Shown: positions 52,843-64,000 of the stretch, piece by piece
Layout of the letters: every line of letters begins with the position of its first letter
Numbering within the stretch: position 1 is the first letter of the stretch
Origin: Callorhinchus milii
Taxonomy: Eukaryota
Length of the DNA: 64,000 bases
Direction: 5' to 3'
Assembly: GCF_018977255.1 (NCBI RefSeq)
Contig: NW_024704742.1
Location: forward strand, 42,472,001 to 42,536,000
Notes under the pieces: generated by a model
What the model was told of the DNA's origin: nothing
Database searches by the model: none
Seen by the model: only the letters and a program-made list of their open reading frames with translations
Position numbers and translations under genes: made by a program

Positions 52843-53510
52843 TACTCACATAACTCAATCAAAATAAACCCTGATGATTGAACCCGAAAGGCCACTTTCT
52901 GCATTTGCCAAAGGCAGACTCGGCCTGAGCTACCATTGCCATCGGATTTCTTCATTGGCAACTTTCACCTGATATTTACTCAATGGCCAAAATGGCCGAG
53001 ACTCCAGTTGCATATTGTGAGCACAAGTGCAGTTTCGGGATAAGCAAAGCTCCAAATACAGAACTGATAGGGTGATTAGAGATTAGCACTTTGTAATTAG
53101 TCTAAAATTGGATTATTGCAACAAATGTAAGCAATTAGCCACAGTGAGCCTGTGCTATAGTGAATTTTCAGCCAATAGTTCAAATGACATTTGATGTTTA
53201 TTCCATCAACCACAAGTTCATAACATGCAAACAGCTCGCTCCAAGCTAAACTGGGATAAGTACAATTCTATTGAAAATCTGTCACTATGAACTCATTTAC
53301 ATTATTACAAATTGAGGTGGAAAGACTCCAGCTAATTAAGATGTGAAGTGTCACAATAGCTAAGCCAAACACATCATGAAAGGATAAACAGATTAGCATT
53401 TTCCATTCTACATCCCAAGAGATCAGTCACGAAGACAAACAACATTGACTAAGCAAGAAAGGCTGATAAGAATAATGAAAGAAATCATATTTTAACCAAA
53501 AGGAGCACGG

Positions 53511-53877
53511 TGTCCTGCAGCGTAATGGTTAGCGAGCTCGCCTCGTATGCGAGAGGACCCAGGTTCAATTCCTGAGTGGAGCAAAACCATAGGCAAGTTT
53601 CCTTACTCCACACTCCTCTGTTTACTTAGCAGTAAGTAGGAATCCAGTTGTTAATCGATAAGCGGATCACTTTCTGGAGGTAATAATCTCTTTAAAAAAA
53701 TCCACTTAATCACTTAATTCACGACTGTTTGTGGGACGTTGATCTGGACAATTGGCTGCCACGTTTCGCACACAAAATACATGGTCAATCCACTTGACAA
53801 TATATTCTGTGAAGCGCTTTGAGGTGTCTCAACAACTTGATAAGGTGCTATATCAAATGCAAGGATTATTATTATTA
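53511..53877 (+). mobile_element. tRNA/CORE-like SINE (long form)
   Basis: tRNA-like head with B-box GGTTCAATTCC, then CCTCTGTTTACTTAGCAGTAAGTAGG and an (ATT)n tail. Confidence 0.85.
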
Positions 53878-53967
53878 TGTAGCTCAGCGCACTTGCCTTG
53901 CAAGCGAGACACCTGGGTTCAATTCCAGGCAGGGCGAAACCTTGGGCAAGTTTCCTTACTCCACACA
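53878..53967 (+). mobile_element. SINE 5' head abutting the L2
   Basis: TGTAGCTCAG..CTTGCAAGCGAG..GGTTCAATTCC..TTACTCCACACA, then an abrupt switch to L2 sequence. Confidence 0.85.
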
Positions 53968-55390
53968 CCTTCAGTCAGGTTTCCGTGCTGCCCATAGCAC
54001 AGAAACTGCCCTGGTCAAGGTCACCAATGATATCCTGACCATCTGTGGCCAGGGCTCCCTCTGTCTCCTCGTCCTCCTCGAACTATCGGCAGCATTCGAT
54101 ACAGTCGACCACGCTATCCTACTCCACCGCTTGTCCTCCCACCTCAACCTTCAAGGCACTGTCCTTGAATGGTTTAGGTCGTACCTTTCTCACCGTCTTC
54201 ACTTTGTCTCAAGGAATGGCTTCTCCTCCACCCCCGTACTGTCTCATGTGGTGTCCCTCAGGGCTCTGTCCTCGGTCCCCTCCTCTTCACCCTCTATATG
54301 CTCCCCCTCGGTGACATCATCCGCAGACATGGAGTTAACTTCCACATGTATGCGGATGACACCCAACTCTACCTTTCCTCCTCTACTCTCAACTCCACGA
54401 CCACCGATGTCCTGACAGCCTGCCTGTCCGACATCGAGTCCTGGACGAGAGACAACTTTCTTCAGCTCAACGTGCGAAAAACCGAGGCCCTCCTGATTGG
54501 CTCACGTCAGCGCCTCCGCACCTCAGGCGCTGACACCATCAGCATCCAAGGCTGCACTCTCCACCTCTCAAAGCCAGTCAGGAACCTCGGCGTTTTGTTC
54601 GACCCTGAGCTGTCCTTTCTCCCTCACATCCGCACTACAACTGGCACCGCCTTCCATCACCTCCGGAACATCGCCAGACTACGGCACTACCTCACCCCTC
54701 ACGCTGCTGAAACCCTGGTTCACGCCTTTGTCACCTCAAGGCTGGACTATGGGAACTCTCTCCTCGCCGGCCTTCCCGGCACCTCCCTCCACAAGCTGCA
54801 GGTCATTCAGAACTCTGCAGCTCGTGTACTGTCCCGCACCAGGCTTCGGGACCACATCACTCCCACCCTCGCTCGCCTCCACTGGCTCCCCATCCCCCAG
54901 AGGATTGATTTCAAGATCCTCATCCTCACCTACAAGGCCATTCACGGCCTTGCTCCCTCCTACCTCTCCAACCTACTATCCCCCTACCTACCTGCCCGTA
55001 CCCTCCGTTCCTCTGGCTCTGGTCTGCTCCACGTCCCCCGCCCCAACCGCCCTACCATCGGTGGTCGGGCCTTCAGCCTCTCAGCCCCCAGGCTCTGGAA
55101 CTCCATCCCCCAGTGCCTTCGCCGCTTCCTCCCTTTCCTCCTTCAAGGCCGGTCTCAAAACCTTTCTCTTTGACCGTGCCTTCAGCTCCCCTCTCGACTC
55201 TCTTCCCCCTCCTCGCTCCCTCCCTTCCCTCCCCTCACCCTGACCATTTCCCCCCTCCTTGCTCCCTCCCTTCCCTCACCCTGACCATTTCCCCCCTGCT
55301 CGGGTCATGACCCAACTGTGCAGCGCCTTGGGACGTCCTCCTGACGTGAAAGGCGCTTTATAAATGGAATCTTGTTGTTGTTGTAGTTGT
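53968..55390 (+). mobile_element. Young 5'-truncated L2 LINE; RT domain pseudogene with frameshifts near 54235 and 55123
   Basis: [24 protein letters not shown], then in another frame [39 protein letters not shown]. The 3'UTR ends GTGAAAGGCGCTTTATAAATGGAATC(TTG)n. Confidence 0.97.
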
Positions 55391-55982
55391 TTGCAAGCGA
55401 GAGACCTGAGTTCAATTCCAGGCAGAGGGCGAAAGCTTGGGCAAGTTTCCTTACTCCACACAGAGCCTAATAATAATTTATCCAAAAAACAAAAACAATA
55501 ATAAATTGGTCATTTTCAATCTACGACTGTTTGTGGGACATTGCTGTGCGCAATTGGCTGCCGCGTTCGCCCACAAATATACAGTCAATTCACTTTACAG
55601 TGTGTTCTGTGAAGCGCTTTGGGACGTCCTCCCGACGTGAAAAGCGCTATATCAAATGCAAGGATTATTATTATGTAGCTCAGTGGTTAGCGCACTTGCC
55701 TTGCAATCGAGACACCCGGGTTCAATTCCAGGCAGGGCAAAACCTTGGGCAAGTTTCCTTACTCCACACGCCTAATAATAATTCCTCCAAAAAACAAAAA
55801 CAATAATAAATTGGTCATTTTCAATCCACGATGTTTGTGAGACACTGCTGTGCGCAATTGGTTGCCACGTTTTGCCCACAAATATACAGTTAATTCACTT
55901 TACAGGATATTCTGTGAAGCGCTTTGAGACGTCTAGAAGACATGAAAAGCGCTATATCAAATGCAAAGATTATTATTATTAT
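55391..55982 (+). mobile_element. Two tandem young tRNA-derived SINEs (55391-55673 and 55674-55982)
   Basis: The head/body/tail unit repeats, each copy ending ATCAAATGCAA.G(ATT)n. Confidence 0.93.
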
Positions 55983-56091
55983 TTTTATTTGTGTTGTTGC
56001 ATTTGTTCGAAAGGATTTACTGAAAAGCTGAATCATTATAATTTCCAAAAGGCTATGGCATTTCTGAAATTACAGGTAGTTTGACAACAGG

Positions 56092-56505
56092 CGTCAGCCT
56101 GGCTCAGTTGGTAAACTCTTGCCTCTGGGTCAGAAGATTGTGGGTTCAAGCCTCATTTGGGGATTTTTAGATCACCGTCACTTGATTAGAGTTTTGGGGG
56201 AGCGTTGCATTGTCAGAGGTCCTGTCCTTCGTATGAGTTGTTAAACCAAGGCCCTGCATGTCTACTTAGGCAGGTGTTAAAGATCCCATGGTGGTATTCA
56301 AAAAAAGAAGGGAGTTTCTCCCAGGTCTGACAATCACCCAAATCAAATTGGTCATTCACTTCATGGCTGTTTGTGAAAAAATGCTGTGTGCAAATTGGCT
56401 TTTATGTCTGCCTACAAGTACACAGTTACTATGCTTGGAAAGTTCGTGAAGTGGTTTGAGATGTTCTTGAAGTTATATGTGCTAAATAAAATGTAGGAAT
56501 TATTT
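56092..56505 (+). mobile_element. Deu-domain SINE, near full length
   Basis: Head GGCTCAGTTGG...GGGTTCAAGCC, Deu core TTAAACCAAGGCCC...TAAAGATCCCATGG, and a degenerate tail. Confidence 0.82.
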
Positions 56506-58919
56506 TAAAAAATCAACAAACTCAGTGGCAAAATGAAAATGACATATATTTGTCTGTCGATAGTTATGAATTGAATTCCCTGACAATAAATTCCCCTTAA
56601 ACATCAATAAGATTACGGGATAACTTTGGAGATGTTTCTGTTCTCTCATGTTTCAGTCTATGTGGCCAGCCAGTAAATCAATTAATGGCATTTCTTTTCC
56701 ATTTATTGGATAAATCTTGCTGAAAAGCCTTAAGCCTGTGTTAGTGTTGTCATGACAACCCAATCACTCACGTCAATTAATTTTCTCTCGAGTGAGACTG
56801 ATATCACTGAGGACTTGAAATAGGCAACACAATTCAAATCATATTCTGAGATTCCACAGAATATTTTTTTCAAAGTAATTCTCAAGCATGGAAATCTTGT
56901 ATTTTCACAGTAATGTTCAAAGGTTGTGTTCTTTGCCTCTTTCCATTTTTTTTAATCATTTGGATGGATACTATTTTTTCTTGCTCATCTGTGTTTTTTT
57001 TAAACCTTCTGTGGAGCTGATGTTCTCTGGGCTCTGGTAACTCTATCAAGTCTAGTATGGCATTCAGATTTATTTATGCACTGATGCAGGGAGAGACATA
57101 ATAATCCTTGCATTTGATATCGTGCCTTTCATGTCATTGATATGTCTCAAAGCATTATGTGGAACTCAGTCTAGTTTGGATACTCTAGCATTGTGATGGG
57201 TTTCTGCAGATATCACATACCTTGGTGACCCAAAGAAATTCTGCATGGCTTGGCTACTGAACCATCATGAGAGCCTGCCAGCTCCGACTGTACTTGTCAA
57301 TATTTTCTAACATGATACTGACTTCTCTGAATTGACTGCAATGATTCTCTTCAGTGCCTTTCCCTGTCAGTTTATAGTACATCATTCAATGTTATTGTCT
57401 ATCTAAAGGGCAAAGCACAGAATATTTCAAACTAACGTCCAGAACTTTCTTAAATAGACTGAAATCAATGTCCCTTCACACAGCCACAAACTACCATTCT
57501 TTTTGGTCCCTTCTGATTTTGTCAATAGTGAAATAGTTGCCTGATGATCAGAGAATTGCACTGACGAAAACCTATCTAGAATTATTTTATATGGATTGCC
57601 ATCGTTTTCATTGCTTTTTATGGTGAAGTTAATCTGCACTCTGTTAATAGTCCAGTGTGGAATATGAAATACCTTTTACACAAAGGTGTTAAGTGAGTGC
57701 AACACGCAGAAGTGTAAAGTTGAGCTGCTGATACCGAGGGATGATTTTATCTTTGAGTTATGTGAAGTGCCTGATTCTAAGGGACTATCAAATTAATAAT
57801 AATAATAAAATAATAATTATCATCATCGTGTTTGCATTTGTGTCCTTGTCAAAGTGAGGGATATCAGAAGACTTCTCCCTGAGTGAGAAGGCCTCTTACA
57901 TAATGAGGAGGAAATTGGAGACTCCAGCTACAGTGCAATTGAGTGGCTCTGAGACTCCCACCCCCAAATGTCGCAGTCTATGGACTACAGGTTGCAAATG
58001 AATTGACTCATATGAGCATGGTCTTGGGACGAAAGGTGCTATAAAAATGTAATTTGTTATTGCTTTTGTTTTTCTCACCTAGAGTGAATTTGAGTTAGGA
58101 GTAGTTCACAGACTGATGTCTGTACTAACAGTATATTAGCCCTACATTGCAGTTACTTTTAGACAAGGTCTACTGTTTTAATAACATGATGGCTGGCTAC
58201 TACTAACATCCTTCCATCACACTGATTCCTTCCCACAGTACTGTAAAGTCATACAATTGAGCACCGATATGAAAATTACAAATTCCCTCATTCATGAAGC
58301 CAGAAGAAAAGAAGGTCTACAAACCTAAAGCAAACGGTAACACTTGCCTTTGACAGCTCTGAAGAATGGGTTAGCAACATGTACAAGTAAAGGAGAAATG
58401 TTATTAAATTTTAAGTAATGATACAAAGTATGACAGTAACAGTACTGCAGCACATTTGCATTTGAAGAAAAACCTTTAAATCTTCTCTGGGAAGTTGACT
58501 TTTCCTTCACTGCCAGGTTTGTTCAGATTAAACAATTTGTGTTGACTGCTTCTGCCACTCAGACGTTGGCCAAACCAAGACTGAAAGCCTATTTCTTTTT
58601 GGAAATGTGTCACCAGCTCTGAGGAAAAACTGGGACAATTTCACTGAGCATTATCCTTGTCACCAAACCAACATGAATCACAACAGTGATCAGTCACATT
58701 GCTTGACAATCACACACAGAGTGAAGGGTAATATGCAGCATGTGGTTTCAATATTAATTCTGAATTGAGCAAATAAAAGATTTTTATGGCAAGCCATTGA
58801 TTTTGGTTCGATGTTTAGTTCTACAGTAAATTTTTGCTTCATAGTCACCGGATTTACAAGGTGTATTCTGTAAGTCAATTCATACATGTAATTTAGGCAC
58901 TAGGTTTGTTCCCCAGCTA

Positions 58920-59520
58920 TCCTTGCTTCCCCAGATCCATTCCCTGACCAGAACTGCTTTCCCCGACCTCCGCCAGATCACCCACCTCCAACCATACGTC
59001 TCACCCAATACAGCTGAAATTCTCATTCATGCTTTCGTTACCTCCCACCTTGATTTTTCCAATGCCCTCGTTGCCAGTCTCCCCAGCTCAACCACCCACA
59101 AAATCCAACAGATCCAAAACTCCACTGCCCATATTCTCACCTGTATTAGGCCACAGGCCTCCATCATCCCAGTTCTTGATATGCTCCACTGGCTCCTTAT
59201 TGCAAAATGGATCGATTTCAAGATTCTCGAACTTATCTACAAATAAGTTCACGTCCTAGCACCTCCCTAACTCTCCAACCTGCTTATACCCCACTCCACC
59301 AGCCCCCTTCGCTTGGCTGGCTCCAGCCTTTTACATATCCCTCACCCCTCCGCTCCACCATCAATGACAGTGGTTGTGGTTTCAGCTGCTATGCCCCAAA
59401 ACTCTGGAATTCTCTACCTTAATGACTCAGCCTTGCCCCATGCTTGTCCATTTTCAGATTGCATCTGAAGACCTTCCTCTTCGACCATGCCTATGGTCAC
59501 CTCCCCTCTTTCCCTGGGTT
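58920..59520 (+). mobile_element. L2 LINE 3' fragment
   Basis: LIHAFVTSHLDFSNAL..IQNSTAHIL..LHWL..IDFKIL, then KLWNSLP. Confidence 0.88.
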
Positions 59521-59792
59521 GGTGTCAATAACAATAATCCTTGCTTTTGATATAGCGCTTTTCACGTCTTGTTGATGTCTCAAAGAGCTTCACAGAATAG
59601 TGAGTTGACTGTATATTTGTGGGCGAAACGCGGCAGCCAATTGCGCACAGCAGTGTCCCACAAACAGTCGTGGATTGAAAATGACCAATTTATTATTGTT
59701 TTGTTTTGGAGGGATTGTGAGTGCCTGGAACAGATGTTAACTCATTACACTCATAAACTAAGATTAACAAATCTGTTAAAAACTTCAACGAT

Positions 59793-59793
<1 letters not shown>

Positions 59794-59868
<75 letters not shown>
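59794..59868. repeat. (TAA)n microsatellite, about 25 units, expanded from a minus-strand SINE tail
   Basis: Directly visible, followed by TCCTTGCATTTGATACAGCGC. Confidence 0.95.
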
Positions 59869-59869
<1 letters not shown>

Positions 59870-60904
59870 CCTTGCATTTGATACAGCGCTTTTCACGTCT
59901 TCTAGACATCCCAAAGATGTAGGAACTGATCTGAGCATGGTATTACATATTTCATAACAATAAATGGTTAAAGAGGCACAAAATGTTTGCCTGGGGAGGA
60001 CATAAGCAGAACAAGCAGGCCTGCATCATTTCACCATAATATTTTCATGGTGCAATAATGTGAAGTAAAGGAATTAAGTTACTGCACTACAATCTTCAGA
60101 CAGCACAGATACGTGGCCTACTAAGCACTTTTACATGAAGTCAATGAGCTTTTAAAACATTTAAGGCTGACCGCATCGATCTGCAATGCCAACTGTGTCC
60201 TCTCTCACACCAGGTTTGATTAATCAAGTAATCTGACACTCCAAAATTGCGTCTTGGAATCACTACACCTTGCCCCTCTCTTGCCACCTTTAAAACTCAC
60301 CCTTGAGCCCCATGTCTTTTATCTTGTTTTCAACATGTTTCCCCTCCTCTGCTTCCACCCCCCACCCCATCTAGCCAGTTGTCTAAAGCACTTTGAGACA
60401 TCCTCCCAACATGAAAGATGCTATATGAATGGAAATTGTAGTTGTTAGGACACAGTAACATTAAATTTGGAATTAACACTTATAATCTTGAGGTCCTTCA
60501 TAATTTGGGAGCAGCAGAGAATTGCAGCTCACACAACATTAATAATAATAATAATCCTTGCATTTGATATAGCGCTTTTCACGTCTTCTAGACGTCTCAA
60601 AGTGCTTCATTTTGCACAGAGAAATGTCTGCATTCTTTAGCTTTTTCTACGGAGAAACCCAACCATAATCGTTAAGCAGTGATTTTGTCAATCAATGCAA
60701 AAATCCCATTTTAAATTCACATCATTCAAATTGCTGCATGCAGCCCTAACCAAAGAAAATAGAAATGTAAACGCAGGAGAAGTCCATTCAGCCCATCAAG
60801 TCTGTACCGGCTCCCAGAGAAGTAGGTCAATTCAATCTCACTGCTCCGAAGTAGCCCCATACCTCTTCAAGCCTTCCATATGCAGTCCCTCTCTTTCATA
60901 TGCA

Positions 60905-61197
60905 AAAACAGCCATGAAGTGAATGACCAATTTTATTTGGCAGATTGTTGGCCAGGACACTAGGAGAAACTAATGAAAAAAAGCTGCTTGAAAAGAAACT
61001 CCCTTCTCTTTTCAAGTAGCGCCAGGGGATATTTAGCACGGTCCCTTCTGTCTGAACAGGCAAAGCAAACCTTGGTTAATGATTTTTCCAAAGGATAGTA
61101 TCTCCAACAATGCAGGGCTACCCCAGCCCCAATGTGGGTCCTGAACCAACAGCCTTCTGGCTCAGAGGTGGGAGTGCTTCCAACTGAGCCAGGCTGA
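60905..61197 (-). mobile_element. Deu-domain SINE
   Basis: Reverse complement of the family seen at 56092-56505. Confidence 0.75.
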
Positions 61198-61394
61198 GAC
61201 CATATTGGAGTAGAAATTGCAAGATTGCAAGAAATTGGATTATTAATTAGCAACTCCCAGGTGTGTTGCGATGCCTAGATGTTTTGCGGTCTACCCTCTG
61301 GACAGGACTTCACTGAAATCGGAACTGAAAGTGACGTGCAAGCGGAATTCCTCAGCGTTGGCCTGTTAAACATCCGGAGGCCCCCTAAATCTAC

Positions 61395-61609
61395 CTAGTC
61401 ATAGCCTGTAAGACCATTTTATCTTAAAATTTAAGATTGTGCAGAATTGTAGAAAATTCATAGCTTTAGTATTCACTTGGAAGCCACCTATCCGAGGGTC
61501 TTAAAAAACATCTTCAATCTTAAATGAATTAAATCAGAATTTAAGAATTTTCCACAATTCTGGGCAGTCTTAAATTTTAAAACAAAATGGTCTTACTGTC
61601 TAAGACTAG
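61395..61609. mobile_element. MITE-like element with ~65-bp imperfect terminal inverted repeats
   Basis: CTAGTCATAGCCTGTAAGACCATTTTATCTTAAAATTTAAG...GAAAATTC pairs with GAATTTTCC...CTTAAATTTTAAAACAAAATGGTCTTACTGTCTAAGACTAG. Related remnants lie near 18860, 27490 and 30495-30670. Confidence 0.8.
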
Positions 61610-61719
61610 ATGACATTTCATGCCTCGGGATTCGAAAGTAAGATGAGATGGTTTTTCTAAAATAAATTAGAAATCTACGCAAAATGTTTTTACGAATAAC
61701 CATTTCACTTCAATCTTTA

Positions 61720-62012
61720 CAAAATGCAGAATACTGCAGATGCTGGAAATCTGAAACAAAAACAGAAGTTACTGGGAACACTCAGCAGGTCAGGCAGCAT
61801 CTATGGAGAAAGGAAAGTGAGTCAATGTTTCGGGTCCACGACCCTTCGTCAGAACTGGGGCACGTTGGGACATGCCAGAGTTCTGATGAAGTCCCCTCCC
61901 AACATGCCCCAGTTCTGACGAAGGGTCGTGGACCTGAAACATTGACACACTTTACTTTCTCCATAGATGCTGCCTGACCTACTGAGTGTTCCCAGCGACT
62001 TCTGTTTTTGTT
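61720..62012. mobile_element. Inverted pair of Penelope-like terminal-repeat fragments with hammerhead-ribozyme motifs
   Basis: Arms 61755-61870 and 61897-62012 are near-perfect reverse complements. Each contains CTGACGA-A-GGGTC-GTG-GACC(C/T)-GAAAC. The family is assigned from recalled shark repeat sequence. Confidence 0.75.
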
Positions 62013-63544
62013 CTCTTCAATCTTTGTTCTTTTTGGGAAACTCCTGCAAATTATTCTGATCCCACAGGGGACAGATTGCTTAATGTTTCTGTGAAGAAGA
62101 ATGCCGATAGCAATTACATGAGCAGAAAGGTCCAGCATTTCACATGTGTTCACCCTCTGGCCCTTCTTGTTATATCTATATGATAGCAGCATCACCTGCA
62201 ATCCAAAACTAGGATCATGCTGTGTTGTGGATGAAAGATCATGAGTTAGGTGTGGGCATTCCTCCACATTTCTCCATTACTCATGCTGGCTGTATAATGA
62301 AGCGGGTGTTTATTATATCCAAAAACCTTTTGGAAATGGGATTCATGGGAAATATTTTCTCTGCTGATAATGAATTAGGAGACTTGTGGACCTCAGAGTT
62401 TGAAAATAACCTTATACAGTCCCCCAGCAGCCCCCTCCCTTTTTCTTTTTTAAAAGAAAATTAGATGGATACATGCAGAGTAAGGGTATTAGAGGGTACG
62501 GGTAAAGAGCAGGGAATGGGTATTAGGTTAAATAGATTCATTCGGAGAGAAATCACTGACAAAAATATGTTTCAAAAGGCTTGCTTGGTTCCGTGGAGAA
62601 TATATCTAATACTTATTGCTCTCTTTCTCATCCTACATGCCAACAACAAATAAATCTTTGTCTATTTCACGTACCACTGAGCATCGCAAAATTTAGTTAT
62701 TTGAAGGGTATTGCATTCAATTCACTGAAGATTAAGTACATTTGGAGCATAGTATGATCCTGGGAAACAAAGAACATGAAGCAATTATTTCTTCCATATT
62801 GTTACATTCTAATAAATGAAGCTATATCCATCACTACTACACATGTGTATTGAACAAAGTAATTACAAACCAGAAGATGTCAATATAAAGAAAAACGAAC
62901 ATATTCACAGGCTTGGTTATTTGTTGGATTCCTGCTGAGGTTGTACAATTTCTTTTCTGGACTATTTATGATAAGAGATTAACATTTGTGTTAACCTTTC
63001 ACTTCACCTATTGTTTCATTAAGTATCAGCTTGGCTCATTTGGTAGCACTCTTACCTTTGGGTCTGAAGGTTGTGGGGTTAGACCAATGTTGGGGATTTG
63101 GACATGCACCTCATGGTCTAGGCTGATACTCCATGGCAGTGTTGGAGGAATGCTATATTGATGGAAGTGCTGTCCTTTGGATCCTATTAAACCAAAGTCC
63201 TGTCTGTACCTTGACTTTGTTCAAGGTAATTCTACGTTGATTTATAATAAACAGTTTACTAATGGCTTTGTTTGTAAATCAGCCAGAGAGTATATTTTAA
63301 ACTTATGAACACGTGCACAATTCTTCAAATGTATTGTCAAATAGTGACCAGATCTCTTTTATTTAGGATAGCAATCTCCATTACTCAGCTCTACCTTTTC
63401 ACCTGGAATCTGTCTGCAAATATAAGCAATGACATCCCACTAGGTCTAACCTCTCCCTTCTCCAAGGTTAATTTTACTGCCAATCACCTATATTAGGCAA
63501 ATAGTCATGGGGTAGTCAGTGCTTTCTTAGAGCAAACACATTTA

Positions 63545-63922
63545 TAATAATAATCCTTGTAATTTATTATAGTACCTTAGGAGGACATCTCAAATTGCTT
63601 CACATGATTGACTGTGCATTTTGTAGGCAGATGCGGTAGTCAATTTGCAAACAGTAATGTCCCACAAACAGCCATGAAGCGAATGCCCAATTTATCTGTA
63701 GGATGGTTGGCCAGGGCATCCTTCTCTTTTCAAATTATGCCATTGGAACTTTAATGTCCACCTACATAGGCAGACAAGACCTTGGTTTAATGACTCATCT
63801 GAAGAATGGTACCTCCAAACAATATAGTGCTCCCCCAGTACTATATTAGAGTATCATCTTAGACTGTAAATTCAAAGTCCCAATGTGGGGCTCGAATCAC
63901 AACCTTCTGACTTAGAGGTGAG
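63545..63922 (-). mobile_element. Deu-domain SINE
   Basis: Reverse complement of head, Deu core (CTTTAATGTCCACCT..CTTGGTTTAATG) and (TTA)n tail. Confidence 0.75.
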
Positions 63923-64000
63923 GCCAGCTATAATTCCATGTAACATAACCTATTCCTCCTGAGTAATGATATGTGATACTTTCTATTGAACTTACCTTTT

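Noticed and set aside
54298..55173. 291-aa RT ORF as a functional or domesticated gene, or a retron-like system
   Set aside because: It is a 5'-truncated L2 ORF2 with frameshifts on both sides and no endonuclease domain. The start Met is internal.
59693..59938. Poly-Ile ORF
   Set aside because: It is the translation of the (TAA)n microsatellite.

Overview
Vertebrate genomic DNA. The repeat content (tRNA-headed SINEs with (TTA)n tails, Deu-domain SINEs, L2 and CR1 LINEs, a shark-type Penelope-like repeat) points to a cartilaginous fish, probably a chimaera such as Callorhinchus; this is inference from recalled repeat families. Only one host coding feature is recognisable: a 100-nt first coding exon on the minus strand (22210->22111) encoding the hydrophobic KIS (K-channel inactivation suppressor) N-terminus of a KChIP4a-type isoform of KCNIP4. 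It has a phase-1 GTAAG donor and sits in a GC/CpG-rich, repeat-poor promoter region. I found no other KCNIP exon, so the rest looks like large intron or flanking DNA filled with retroposon and MITE remnants. The most interesting extra structures are: (1) a ~260-bp inverted Penelope-like pair in which each arm carries a minimal hammerhead-ribozyme motif; (2) a Met-Thr-stop uORF ending 5 nt before the KIS start codon; (3) an L2 insertion preceded by an exact 159-bp copy of nearby DNA; (4) a head-to-tail SINE/L2 array with a repeated junction. Most ORFs in the supplied track are noise or repeat-derived. Repeat boundaries are approximate and family names come from recalled motifs, not database searches.
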